From positions 14,151 to 57,667 of the forward strand of contig MFRS01000004.1 in NCBI GenBank assembly GCA_001784635.1: a stretch of DNA of 43,517 nt, written 5' to 3'. The notes beneath the pieces are model-generated. The model had not been told where the DNA came from, ran no database searches, and saw only the letters and a program-made list of their open reading frames with translations. Origin of the DNA: Candidatus Micrarchaeota archaeon RBG_16_49_10 (GTDB lineage: Archaea > Aenigmatarchaeota > Aenigmatarchaeia > CG10238-14). Shown here piece by piece: positions 1 to 9,055 of the stretch (its first letter is position 1; each line of letters begins with the position of its first letter). The translations under genes and the position numbers were made by a program.

Positions 1-1
1 A

Positions 2-703
2 AGCTTTTGGCCCTACCCAAGGATTCTTGGTTTCCCGTTCCTGATGTCCGCCGTTTCCGTCACCCTCGCCTACCTCATGCTACTGAGGGTCAAAGAGCCT
101 AAGAGGGTAACTCCTGAGGAGAACCCGATAGAGATGGGGATAGCGGGACTGAGGAAAATTTTCACCAGCGAAGGCCTAAGGTCGCTCTCAATCTTCTACA
201 CCCTGTTATCGGCGTTGACCTTCTTCATGTTCTGGCTCTACCAGCCACTGCTGGGAAGCATAGGGGTGGAAGTGAAATACTACGGAATTTTTTCGGTGGG
301 ATTCGGCCTTTTCGGAATCCTGCTGCTTTCGCAGGCGGACTTCATTTCAGGGAAAGTAGGCGATAGGAGATTGCTTGTCCTTTTGGCAGTGGCCTCTTCC
401 ATGCTGTACCTTCTGCTGGCCACGCAGAGTTTCCCGTTAATCGTGATTGCCTCGATTTTCCTTCTGATTGGAGCCAAGGCCGTAATGTCACCTGTGTTCA
501 ACCATCTGGCGAACAGGGAAATAGAAAGTAAGGACAGGGCGACCGTGCTTTCGTCGATAGCGATGATGGAGAAGCTGAGCCTGGTCGTCCTCTATCCAGT
601 CGTTGGATACCTGATGGACAGGTCGATGGCTATGACGTTGGGTATTTTAGGTGTGATTACTTTGCTGGTTCCCATAGTGGTTAGGCTGAAAATTTCCGAA
701 TAA
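2..703 (+). CDS. MFS transporter, C-terminal part (5'-truncated by window edge)
   Basis: Frame is open from base 2. About six hydrophobic helices; MFS motif-A-like 'ADFISGKVGDRR' and C-terminal-half 'ESKDRATVLS' pattern. Confidence 0.8.
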   Translation, partial: SFWPYPRILGFPFLMSAVSVTLAYLMLLRVKEPKRVTPEENPIEMGIAGLRKIFTSEGLRSLSIFYTLLSALTFFMFWLYQPLLGSIGVEVKYYGIFSVGFGLFGILLLSQADFISGKVGDRRLLVLLAVASSMLYLLLATQSFPLIVIASIFLLIGAKAVMSPVFNHLANREIESKDRATVLSSIAMMEKLSLVVLYPVVGYLMDRSMAMTLGILGVITLLVPIVVRLKISE

Positions 704-821
704 AAATGTCCGTCCTATTCTCTCTAAGATTCAGCTTCCAAAATAATACGTTCCAATTGACTAAAGAATTGTGTGAAACTAATTGATTGGCATCATCTTT
801 AAATATTCCTTTTCCAAATTT

Positions 822-838
822 ATATAACTGAGTTATAT
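822..838. promoter_or_regulatory. Palindrome ATATAAC-TGA-GTTATAT overlapping the TATA box of the 856 gene
   Basis: Perfect 7-bp inverted repeat overlapping TTTATATA, directly upstream of SD AAGGAGGTGA. Confidence 0.5.
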
Positions 839-855
839 GAAAGGAGGTGATTGAT

Positions 856-999
856 ATGGAAGCGAAAGGTTCGGATTATGTGTACGCGGTTTGCGATGAC
901 TGCCACACATTCAAGATGGGCCACAAGTCCTTCAAGACGAAGAAGGGCTTCATGACTTGCGATGGCTGCGGGAAGGCTTTGCACGAACTGAGGTGGTGA
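856..999 (+). CDS. 47-aa zinc-ribbon microprotein (CxxC...CxxC), absent from the ORF track
   Basis: Translates as MEAKGSDYVYAVCDDCHTFKMGHKSFKTKKGFMTCDGCGKALHELRW. Full SD AAGGAGGTGA 5 nt before ATG, upstream TATA, downstream hairpin plus T-tract. Confidence 0.85.
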   Translation: MEAKGSDYVYAVCDDCHTFKMGHKSFKTKKGFMTCDGCGKALHELRW

Positions 1000-1028
1000 G
1001 CCACTTCAGCTCTTTTTTTCTTTTTTTT
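998..1028 (+). terminator. Hairpin GAGC-N7-GCTC plus long T tract
   Basis: Immediately follows the stop at 999; TTTTTTTCTTTTTTTT run. Confidence 0.65.
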
Positions 1029-1073
1029 GATTCCGCGTTCAAGGAAAAGAAAGAACCCAACGAATAGGAGATT

Positions 1074-1301
1074 TTATTTAATCAGCGTCTTTAATCCTTC
1101 TACAACTGCGTTCTTAAGTATACTCCCTGTTGTAAAGTCGAGAAGCCCTAAAGCTGTAAGAACTGCAAAATATATGCCATAAGATTGCGGTATTCTTTCC
1201 CCTCTTTCATCTGCTTGATTCCAATTTCTATTTTGGTAAATAAACGGGCCTGCAAATGGAAGAAAATCTTGCATTTCTATACTAATGTTGTAAATCAACA
1301 T
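1074..1301 (-). CDS. Hypothetical small protein with a C-terminal hydrophobic segment
   Basis: SD AGGAG 7 nt upstream of ATG; AT-rich orphan. Confidence 0.5.
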   Translation of the reverse strand: MLIYNISIEMQDFLPFAGPFIYQNRNWNQADERGERIPQSYGIYFAVLTALGLLDFTTGSILKNAVVEGLKTLIK

Positions 1302-1384
1302 TTTATTTCTCCTTTTTCGACGGTTCCTAATTTTACTTAACCTCTGAAAGATTTAAATGAAATCAACGCTTAAATCACTTGCCC

Positions 1385-1448
1385 GTAAATTTTGATTTCG
1401 AAGTATTCTACACTTTTCCTTACATTTCCTTGAACAGGTTATATAAAA
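1385..1448. repeat. 64-bp dispersed repeat, copy A (inverted copy at 29537-29600)
   Basis: 58/64 identity by manual alignment to the reverse complement of 29537-29600. Confidence 0.9.
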
Positions 1449-1538
1449 TTTTATCTAAATTATTGCGAGAAATAAAGAACACCTCAGAAAATGTTGAGAA
1501 ACAGTCAAAAATAAAAGCTTTATTATTAATTAAAATTC

Positions 1539-1817
1539 ATGGTTACATATACAACTCGAATTCCTTTAGGTATTGTTAATTTGGCTCAAGTTGTAGAATA
1601 TATTGTAACGAATAACGTTGGTTTTGAGCCGGTGAGCCATGGTCCCTATCATTACGAAAAAGGAATGGCTGTCTCCCCCGAAGAAGCACGAAATATGCTT
1701 GAAGATCCAAACTATAGATGGCATTTGAAAGAGTTAGAAAAAAGAAGGGTATTGACAGGTTATGATTTTACAAATCCTCAAGTTGAAAGTGTAGAAATAA
1801 ATTTGTTAGAATTTTAA
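1539..1817 (+). CDS. Hypothetical protein (92 aa, AT-rich orphan)
   Basis: ATG start, fills the intergenic space, globular-looking composition; no recognised motif. Confidence 0.6.
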   Translation: MVTYTTRIPLGIVNLAQVVEYIVTNNVGFEPVSHGPYHYEKGMAVSPEEARNMLEDPNYRWHLKELEKRRVLTGYDFTNPQVESVEINLLEF

Positions 1818-1968
1818 TACCTGACATTAATATCCTTCAATCTTCAATTTTATTAAAAGCACCTGTTATTATTATAATGAATTATAATGTTAAAATGAAT
1901 TCTCGGTCCTTACCGTCAAAAGGATTCAAATTTTATCTTGTGTGAAAATCAATATTCCCTTGAAGAAT

Positions 1969-2826
1969 CTACATAAACTGCTTAACAAGCTTCACTATAT
2001 CAACATTGCCTATCCTCTGCTTCACCAGGGGCGTCTTAGAAATCTGCGGCAACCCCTCGCTGTAGGTCCTTCTCTTGACTCTATAGAAAACACCTGTAGG
2101 TATCCTGTCCCCCCACTCCAATGCCTTCCTGTAAGCCGCTACCTTGTCGGTGGGGTCATATCCATCGTCCAGCTTGTACACCCTTTCGCGGAACCACTGG
2201 AACGTGTTCGTCCTGTTGAAGGTCACGCACGGCTGCAGGACGTCGACAAGCGCGAATCCATTGTGGCTTATCGCCTGCTGGAAGAGCTTGGTCAACTGCT
2301 CGAGGTCCCCCGCGAAGCCCCTAGCGACGAACGTCGCCCCTGAAGTGATGGCCAGGGCTATCGGGTTAAGAGGGTCCTCAAGCGACCCGAACGGCGTGAA
2401 CTTCGTGACGGTCCCCCTCGGACTTGTGGGGGATGTCTGCCCTGTCGTGAGCCCGTATATCTGGTTGTTGTGCGTGATGTAGGTGATGTCGATGTTCCTC
2501 CTGGCTGTGTGGATGAAGTGGCCTATCCCGATGCTGTAGCCGTCCCCGTCCCCGCCTTGAGCGATGACCGTGAGCTTGTGGTTTGAGAGCTTTATCGCCG
2601 AAGCTACGGGGAGCGTCCTGCCGTGCAGCCCGCCGAAGCCGTATATGTTGATCCAGTTCGGCAGATGCCCCGAGCAGCCTATGCCGGCGACCACCACGGC
2701 GTTGTGCGGCTCGACCTTCAGGCTGACCAAAGCCTTCTTCAGGGCGGAGAGTATGGTGAAGTTCCCGCACCCGGGGCACCAGGTCATGACCTCCTTCTCC
2801 CTGTCCAAATCAGCCAAGCTAACCAT
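1969..2826 (-). CDS. korB: 2-oxoacid:ferredoxin oxidoreductase beta subunit (TPP-binding)
   Basis: WCPGCGNF, GIGCS, HGR, and TPP motif GDGD...NN; start overlaps the alpha-subunit stop. Substrate specificity (pyruvate vs 2-oxoglutarate) cannot be determined from sequence alone. Confidence 0.93.
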   Translation of the reverse strand: MVSLADLDREKEVMTWCPGCGNFTILSALKKALVSLKVEPHNAVVVAGIGCSGHLPNWINIYGFGGLHGRTLPVASAIKLSNHKLTVIAQGGDGDGYSIGIGHFIHTARRNIDITYITHNNQIYGLTTGQTSPTSPRGTVTKFTPFGSLEDPLNPIALAITSGATFVARGFAGDLEQLTKLFQQAISHNGFALVDVLQPCVTFNRTNTFQWFRERVYKLDDGYDPTDKVAAYRKALEWGDRIPTGVFYRVKRRTYSEGLPQISKTPLVKQRIGNVDIVKLVKQFM

Positions 2827-4555
2827 GCCTCAAAACCTCCTTCACCTTGTCATATATCTCCTCGGGGTATATGGGCCTGCCGTCGTACTTCAGCAGCCTG
2901 TGCCCTATCTCTATCCCGGTGTTCTCCCTGATGAGTCCACCCAGCTGCCCTGTGGCGTTGCCCTCGATGAGCAGTATCTTCTGGCCGTCGTCCAGCGCGG
3001 CCTTGACTTGGTCCGACGGGAATGGGTTGAGGTAGACCAGATGCAGGAGATTGACCTTAACGTGGTCCCTCAGAAGCCATGTCAATGCCTCCATCGCAGC
3101 TCCCTTGGTAGAGCCCCAGCACACCAGCGTTATCTCTGGATGCGGCGAGCCATAGACGTGTGGCTTGGGCATCTCCCTCTCGATGAACTTCATCTTCCTC
3201 ATCCTCTTGTCGACCATCCTTACCCTGTCCTCGCTCTCCTCGGTTATGATGCCGCTTTCACCGTGCTCGTTGCTTGTCGCGGTGTAGATGCCATGTCTCT
3301 GCCCCGGTATACTCCTGGGCGAGACTCCGGTCTTGGTGTCCTCGTACCTGTTGAACTGCTTCATCCTCCTCAGTTGCGCATCGGAAAGCACAGCCCCCCT
3401 ATCGATCCTCACCTTTCTCGTGTCGAAGACCTTTGTCGTGGTCCTGCTCTCGCCGAGGTGCTTGTCGGAGAGTATGAAGACAGGAATCTGGTACCTCTCA
3501 GCCAAATTGAACGCGTTTATGGTCTCATGGAAGCACTCGTCCACATCCCCAGGGGCTATCACAACCCTAGGGAACTCGCCCTGTGACGACGAAAGTATGA
3601 ACCTCAAGTCCTCCTGTCCTGTCTGCGTGGGCATCCCCGTGCTCGGCCCGGGCCTCTGGACCTCAACTATCACTGCGGGCGTCTCGGTTATCCCGGCAAG
3701 CCCAACAGCCTCCACCATAAGCGAGAAGCCTCCGCCTGAAGTGCAGGTCATCGACCTCACCCCAGCAAAGCCGGCCCCTATGACCATGTTCATCGCGGCA
3801 ATCTCGTCCTCCGTCTGCTTCGCTATGATGCCGTATTCCCTCTCATAGCCCGCAAGGAACTGGAAGATGCCTGATGCTGGCGTCATCGGGTAGGCGGCTA
3901 TGAACTTGCAGCCGGCCTTCAATGCGCCCAAAGCGACAGCCTCGTTGCCGCTGATGAGCATCCTGTTCATGGTCTTTGCCTTCCTTAGCCTGTGGCCGAA
4001 CTCGGGCTTCAGCTGCCTCATATAATCATAACCTTCCTTTGCCGCGGCCTTGTTCAGCTCGGTGACCTTCTTCCCCTTGTCCTTGAACGTCTCCTCTATG
4101 ACCTTGAGCAGTGTCTTCAAATCGAAGTCCACCAACGCGAAGGAGACCCCTAGAGCGACATTGTTCACCATCAGCCTCTCCCCGCCGGCCTTCTTCGCCA
4201 GATCTAGGAAGGGCACCGCAAAGACCTTGACATCCGGCCTAATCTTCCTCTCAAGCTCCAAAGAGCTGTCGTATATTATCGCCCCTCCCGGGGTCAACTC
4301 CTGCTCGTGGAGCTCTATCGTCTGCCTGTTGAGCGCGACGAGGATGTCGACGGACTTGACCGGCGAATGGACCTCCCTGTCCTCCACGCGGACCTGGTAT
4401 GTGTTGTGGCCGCCCCTTATCAGCGAGGGGAACTCGGTGAAGTCGAAGGTGTTCAGCCCGGCCCTGACACAAGCCTTGGAGAAGATGTACCCTGTGGTCA
4501 TTATACCGAAGCCGGCCTCGCCGCCTATCTTCCAGGAGAGCTTGTTGGTTATCAT
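2819..4555 (-). CDS. korA: 2-oxoacid:ferredoxin oxidoreductase alpha subunit (fused gamma-alpha type)
   Basis: N-terminal IGGEAGFGI...IRGGH gamma-like domain, YPMTPAS, EDEIAA, TSGGGFSLM, QRPGPSTGMPT. Confidence 0.93.
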   Translation of the reverse strand: MITNKLSWKIGGEAGFGIMTTGYIFSKACVRAGLNTFDFTEFPSLIRGGHNTYQVRVEDREVHSPVKSVDILVALNRQTIELHEQELTPGGAIIYDSSLELERKIRPDVKVFAVPFLDLAKKAGGERLMVNNVALGVSFALVDFDLKTLLKVIEETFKDKGKKVTELNKAAAKEGYDYMRQLKPEFGHRLRKAKTMNRMLISGNEAVALGALKAGCKFIAAYPMTPASGIFQFLAGYEREYGIIAKQTEDEIAAMNMVIGAGFAGVRSMTCTSGGGFSLMVEAVGLAGITETPAVIVEVQRPGPSTGMPTQTGQEDLRFILSSSQGEFPRVVIAPGDVDECFHETINAFNLAERYQIPVFILSDKHLGESRTTTKVFDTRKVRIDRGAVLSDAQLRRMKQFNRYEDTKTGVSPRSIPGQRHGIYTATSNEHGESGIITEESEDRVRMVDKRMRKMKFIEREMPKPHVYGSPHPEITLVCWGSTKGAAMEALTWLLRDHVKVNLLHLVYLNPFPSDQVKAALDDGQKILLIEGNATGQLGGLIRENTGIEIGHRLLKYDGRPIYPEEIYDKVKEVLRHG

Positions 4556-4682
4556 CTAATTTAATTGGGGTTTCTTGGTAATAAAATTTTTGGAGTTTTT
4601 CAAAATTTCACAGAAATTCGGCGAAACCCAAAAGCGTAAGACATAAATCCTTAACATCTCTATTTACTGGAAGGTGTGAAAA

Positions 4683-4913
4683 ATGCCTTATAGAGTTTTG
4701 TTTACCGACCCAAAATTAAGTGCGGAAACTATTGGTGAAGTTGTTATTTGGTGTGCAAATTATTTGCCTGGGAGATATATACAATATTACCCTTGCGCAT
4801 CTGAAGTGGTTATTGGAGGTCCCCCTAACCCTACAGAAAATGAGATGGGACAATTAATTGAGATGATTAACACACAGTTGAGATTAGATGCGCATTATAT
4901 TCCTGTTAAGTAA
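4683..4913 (+). CDS. Hypothetical protein (76 aa, AT-rich orphan)
   Basis: SD-like GGAAGGTG upstream, ATG start, TATA-like CATAAAT at ~4652. Confidence 0.6.
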   Translation: MPYRVLFTDPKLSAETIGEVVIWCANYLPGRYIQYYPCASEVVIGGPPNPTENEMGQLIEMINTQLRLDAHYIPVK

Positions 4914-4964
4914 TGAGAGTCAATAATACAAAATTTTTAACTTCGCCCCTCCCATTAATTTATT

Positions 4965-5822
4965 ATGAATTGGGTCCTAGCCAGCCTTCTGATGTTCGCC
5001 TCTTCAGTCGCGCTGTACACGTCCATAAGGAAGGCCCAGCTGATGAAGATTTCCATAGAGGTCTACTCCCTCTTCATGTTCGGGGTGCCTGCACTGGCAT
5101 ACCTGTTCTTCATAGTCGCGTGGGGTTTGCCGTATAGACTTCCGGTGAGGGACTTGATCGAGATTTTTGCCGCAGCCGTCCTCTTCAGCTACCTGGGGAA
5201 CTTCTTTTCCCAAAAGAGCATATTGAAGGCCCCGAACCCCGGCTACAGCTTGATGATATCAAAAAGCTATATCGTCTTCACCACCATAGCGGCCATATTC
5301 CTCTTCAACGCATCGCTCACCCTCAAAAGCTCTGTGGCGATACTTATGATACTCGCCTTCTCTTCGATGATAGCGTCGCCCACCGAACCTAAGGGGAAGG
5401 GAAAAGGGAAGTCATGGCTGGCGTACTCCTTTGGCGCATTCTTCTGCTGGGGATTACTAGCTTTGGCGCTGAAGCACTTCCTCCTCGCCGGGATAGAGAT
5501 TTTCGTGACCCTCTTCTACCTGACGGCCGTGGTGTCCGGGATAATCTTCTTCGAAATCAAAGCGAAGAGAATGAGAATTGCACTGGAGCCGAAGGATCTT
5601 TTGATAGTCCTCGCGATAGGTGGCTTAAGCGCCCTTTTCAACGCATTCATGAACCTGGGCTACCAGACCGCCCCGAACATCGGGTATCTCAACGCCGTCA
5701 ACGCGTCCTCTATAGCCTTCGTCACGGTGCTTTCTTCCGTCTTCTTCAAGGACCACCTGTCAGCGAAAAAGGTCATAGGAATTGTGGGTTCGACGATTGG
5801 GTTAATTGTTTTGCTAGTCTGA
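4965..5822 (+). CDS. EamA/DMT-family transporter
   Basis: 285 aa with two 5-TM repeats; 'ILKAPNPGYS' and 'YQTAPNIGY...LSSVFFKDHLSAKKVIG' DMT-like patterns. Confidence 0.85.
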   Translation: MNWVLASLLMFASSVALYTSIRKAQLMKISIEVYSLFMFGVPALAYLFFIVAWGLPYRLPVRDLIEIFAAAVLFSYLGNFFSQKSILKAPNPGYSLMISKSYIVFTTIAAIFLFNASLTLKSSVAILMILAFSSMIASPTEPKGKGKGKSWLAYSFGAFFCWGLLALALKHFLLAGIEIFVTLFYLTAVVSGIIFFEIKAKRMRIALEPKDLLIVLAIGGLSALFNAFMNLGYQTAPNIGYLNAVNASSIAFVTVLSSVFFKDHLSAKKVIGIVGSTIGLIVLLV

Positions 5823-6086
5823 GCGTTTCTGCGATGAGCTTTCCAGATATTCTTTCCCCACAGTCCGTCCAGATGGCGGCCCTCCAATGGTGTAGAACCG
5901 CAGGTCGTTTCTCGACCTATAGCTGGCAAAAGTCAAGTCATCGACTATTTGTACAGTCACCCCGACCTCAAACAGGCAAAGCGTCAAGTCGAGTAAAGGG
6001 GTTGGGTGTCCATCCCCTACGGATTCCTCTATAATGTTTATCGCCCTTTTCTCATTTTTAGGAATGACAAGGTAGTTTACCATCAT
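5814..6086 (-). CDS. Hypothetical protein (90 aa)
   Basis: ATG start, convergent with EamA, divergent from pfkB; no motif. Confidence 0.5.
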   Translation of the reverse strand: MMVNYLVIPKNEKRAINIIEESVGDGHPTPLLDLTLCLFEVGVTVQIVDDLTFASYRSRNDLRFYTIGGPPSGRTVGKEYLESSSQKRSD

Positions 6087-6168
6087 TTTTTTAAGTGAAA
6101 GTAAGCTTAAGACCTTTGCTGTCTTGGGGGCAGTCGCCCTTTATAACCAAAAAAGCGAATAAAATAGT

Positions 6169-7104
6169 ATGGACCTGATTGCGATGGGCTCGCTCATAGT
6201 GGACGCCACGATAGTGAGCGCCTCCATCCGAACCCTCGGGAACCAGCTCTACCTGAAGAAGGGTAGCAAGGCGGAGATCGACAAGCTCGAGTTCAGCCTG
6301 GGGGGGTCGGCGCACAACATCGCCTTCGGCGCGAGCAGGCTGGGGCTGAAGACCGGGATAATAGGCTGCGTGGGCTACGATTCCTTCGGCAAGTCCATCG
6401 TCGAGAGGCTGAGGAAGGAGGGCGTGGACACCAGGCTCCTGAAGAGGGCCGCCACAAAGATGACCGGCTACTCCACAGTGCTGATAGGGCCGGACGGCGA
6501 CAGGTCGATACTGGTCTACCGCGGGGCGAACGACCTAATAGACTCGTCTGATATAACCGAGAAGTATTTCTCAGGCTCGAGGGCATTCCTATTCACCTCA
6601 CTCACCGGGGACAGGTCAGTAAAGGCCCTGCAGAAGGCCGTCAGGGTTGCGGAAAGGAAGAGGATGACAATAATAGCAAATCCCAGCATAAACATGATTG
6701 CGAAAAGGAGGGATGAGCTTGAGGAGCTGGTGCAAGCCAGCAACATTGTGATAATGAACGAGGAGGAGGCCTTGGAGTATACGAAGTCCAGCCATCTGAC
6801 AGCCGCGCTGGACAAGCTGGTGGTCGGGAACGAGCTCGTGGTGGTCACCCTAGGGGAAAGGGGCTCGATAACCTTTGACGGCTCGAGGAAGTACAAGCAG
6901 AAGGCCTTCAAATCCAGAGTGCTAGACGCCACCGGGGCCGGGGACGCCTTCGCAGCTGCATTCGTGAGGTGCTACCTGAAGGGTTTGGACATCCCCTATT
7001 CGCTGAAGTTCGCCTCCTCCACGTCATCGCTGGTGCTGAGGAGCTATGGGGCAACAAACAATTTCCCTTCGAAAGTGCAAATAATGGAATTGATGGAGAG
7101 TTGA
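6169..7104 (+). CDS. PfkB/ribokinase-family carbohydrate kinase (candidate ATP-phosphofructokinase by context)
   Basis: GGSAHNIA...G.VGYDSFG N-terminal signature and DATGAGDAF C-terminal signature; first gene of the pfkB-fba-tpi operon. Confidence 0.88.
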   Translation: MDLIAMGSLIVDATIVSASIRTLGNQLYLKKGSKAEIDKLEFSLGGSAHNIAFGASRLGLKTGIIGCVGYDSFGKSIVERLRKEGVDTRLLKRAATKMTGYSTVLIGPDGDRSILVYRGANDLIDSSDITEKYFSGSRAFLFTSLTGDRSVKALQKAVRVAERKRMTIIANPSINMIAKRRDELEELVQASNIVIMNEEEALEYTKSSHLTAALDKLVVGNELVVVTLGERGSITFDGSRKYKQKAFKSRVLDATGAGDAFAAAFVRCYLKGLDIPYSLKFASSTSSLVLRSYGATNNFPSKVQIMELMES

Positions 7105-7108
7105 TCGT

Positions 7109-7903
7109 ATGTTTTTGGGCAGAAAGAAAAAGGTGAGAAAGATGATAAGCGAAAAGACAGGGAAGACCCTGCTCCTGGCGTTCGACCATGCGTTCGAGCA
7201 CGGGCCCGCCAAGTACGAGAAGGTGGACCTCGATCCCGTGAGGATAGCCAAGATCGCCTTGGAGGGATTTGCGGATGGGGTTATAGTGCACGCCGGTGCG
7301 GCGAAGATGATAAGGAAGCTCATCCCGAAGGAGATGGCGCTGATAGTGAAGGTCACGGGGAAGACGAGCCTGTCGGAGGAGGAGATACAGAGCATCGTCA
7401 CGACCGTGAAGGAGGCCAAGAAGATAGGGGCTGACGGCGTGGCTGCTACATTGTACGTCGGGTCGCCCTACGAGCACATCATGCTGGAGCACTTCGCCAA
7501 GATAAAGCAGGACTGCCTGAAGTACAAAATGCCGTTGGTCGGGTTCGCGTATCCGCGGGTGAAGGGCAAGAAGAAGAATGACACTGATGCCGTGATGTAC
7601 GCGGCAAGGGTCTGCGCCGAATTGGGCTGCGACCTCGTGAAGACCTACTACACGGGCAGCAAGGAGAGCTTCAAGAAAGTCGTCGATAGCTGCTTTGCGC
7701 CTCTGGCCTGCAGCGGAGGCGAGGCGATCAGCGAGGCCGAGTTCCTCAAGAAGGCGCAGGACATAATGGACGCCGGCGCGAATGGCATGGTGGTCGGGAG
7801 GAACGTGTGGATGAGCGAACAGCCGGGGCTGATGCTGGCCAAGCTGCATGACATCGTCTACAGAAGGGGTGCCTATGAAGCCAATCATCGTAATAAACTA
7901 TAA
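7109..7903 (+). CDS. fba: Archaeal class I fructose-bisphosphate aldolase (DhnA type)
   Basis: LAFDHAFEHGP, FAYPR, Schiff-base DLVKTYY, SGG and GRNVW motifs. Confidence 0.88.
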   Translation: MFLGRKKKVRKMISEKTGKTLLLAFDHAFEHGPAKYEKVDLDPVRIAKIALEGFADGVIVHAGAAKMIRKLIPKEMALIVKVTGKTSLSEEEIQSIVTTVKEAKKIGADGVAATLYVGSPYEHIMLEHFAKIKQDCLKYKMPLVGFAYPRVKGKKKNDTDAVMYAARVCAELGCDLVKTYYTGSKESFKKVVDSCFAPLACSGGEAISEAEFLKKAQDIMDAGANGMVVGRNVWMSEQPGLMLAKLHDIVYRRGAYEANHRNKL

Positions 7904-8540
7904 GACCTATGATGAGGGGACCGGAGAGAGGGGGTTGCACCTCGCCAAAACTTGCGAGGAGCTTTCGCAGGAGAAGGAGATAGACATCATCATCGCCCCG
8001 CAGGTGGGCGACATATTCCGCATAGCCAACCTGGCCAAGGTGTCCATAGTGACGCAGAGCGTCGATGCTGTAGAGGACGGGAAGCACACCGGCGCGATAT
8101 CGCCGAGGAACGTCAAGCAGCTTGGGGCGCTGGGGACACTGGTGAACCATTCCGAGTGCAGGAAGGATATGGACGAGATAAAGAAAATCTTCGAGATATG
8201 CAGGGCGTTAGATTTGGTCGTCATATGCTGCGCGGACACTCCAGAGAAGGCGCAGGAGATTGCGAGGCTTTCCCCTGACGTGATTGCGATAGAGCCGCCC
8301 GAGCTGATAGGGACGGGCGTATCTGTATCCACGGCCAACCCTGATATTGTGACGAGGACCGTGCAGGCTGTGCACGACATCGACCCAAACATCCCTGTCC
8401 TGTGCGGGGCTGGGATAACGAACAACATCGACATCAAAAGGGCGCTGGAGCTCGGGACTGTGGGCGTCCTCCTGTCGTCCGCCGTGCTGCTTTCAAAAAA
8501 TACCCGCGAAACGCTCTACAAACTTTTGGAAGGGTTCTGA
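7875..8540 (+). CDS. tpiA: Triosephosphate isomerase, archaeal type
   Basis: INYKTY, NHSE, IEPPELIGTG, GAGI. Start placed at ATG 7875 (MKPIIVIN). Confidence 0.95.
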   Translation: MKPIIVINYKTYDEGTGERGLHLAKTCEELSQEKEIDIIIAPQVGDIFRIANLAKVSIVTQSVDAVEDGKHTGAISPRNVKQLGALGTLVNHSECRKDMDEIKKIFEICRALDLVVICCADTPEKAQEIARLSPDVIAIEPPELIGTGVSVSTANPDIVTRTVQAVHDIDPNIPVLCGAGITNNIDIKRALELGTVGVLLSSAVLLSKNTRETLYKLLEGF

Positions 8541-8586
8541 GTTGCCGGATTCTATGGGAAGAAAATTCATTGCGGCAACCTTTCCT

Positions 8587-8994
8587 TCATCTGTTTGATG
8601 GCCATGTTGTGGGCCGTGGATTAGCTCTGGGTCTGTCAACTTTCGTTAAATAACCCAAACCGAGTGCACCTAAACCTTTTTTGCTTGCTATAAAATTATA
8701 ACCATTGCCTTCAGGCACAGCTTCGACAAAACCCAACCTTTCCAACCCTCTATATATCGCAAAGTCACCCAAAGGTCCGCCAGGGTTATCGAGTACGGCC
8801 TCCCTTATTTCCAACTCCATAGCCCTCTCGTATTCTGTCGATTCGCCTTGGGCAGCGTGCAACCTCTCCAGAGAGGATCCTGCAAACCATCTCGGCGTAT
8901 CATAATACGTTCCTTGAGTTAAACCAGGTTGTATTAATGCATCAATTAATTCCTTTTGGCCCGGGGTTAAATCCTCTGAAAATAGGTTTGGCAT
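8587..8994 (-). CDS. Hypothetical protein, possible C-terminal winged helix
   Basis: Likely start is ATG 8994 (MPNLF); the longer track ORF overlaps the next gene. 'AIYRGLERLGFVEAVPEGNGYNFIASKKG' resembles helix-wing-TxxG of a wHTH. Confidence 0.5.
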   Translation of the reverse strand: MPNLFSEDLTPGQKELIDALIQPGLTQGTYYDTPRWFAGSSLERLHAAQGESTEYERAMELEIREAVLDNPGGPLGDFAIYRGLERLGFVEAVPEGNGYNFIASKKGLGALGLGYLTKVDRPRANPRPTTWPSNR

Positions 8995-9025
8995 TGGTAT
9001 TAACTGGCCAGAAAAAGATAAATAA

Positions 9026-9044
9026 CCCCGCGCAAGCGGCGGGG
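9026..9044. terminator. GC-rich hairpin CCCCGC-GCAAGCG-GCGGGG
   Basis: 6-bp GC stem just downstream of the 9056 stop on the minus strand, followed by TTATTTATCTTTTT. Confidence 0.5.
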
Positions 9045-9055
9045 AATTCGAAGGA

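Noticed and set aside
4813-5890. Shared IGGPP pentapeptide in the two orphans flanking the EamA gene
   Set aside because: No further similarity between the proteins; likely chance.
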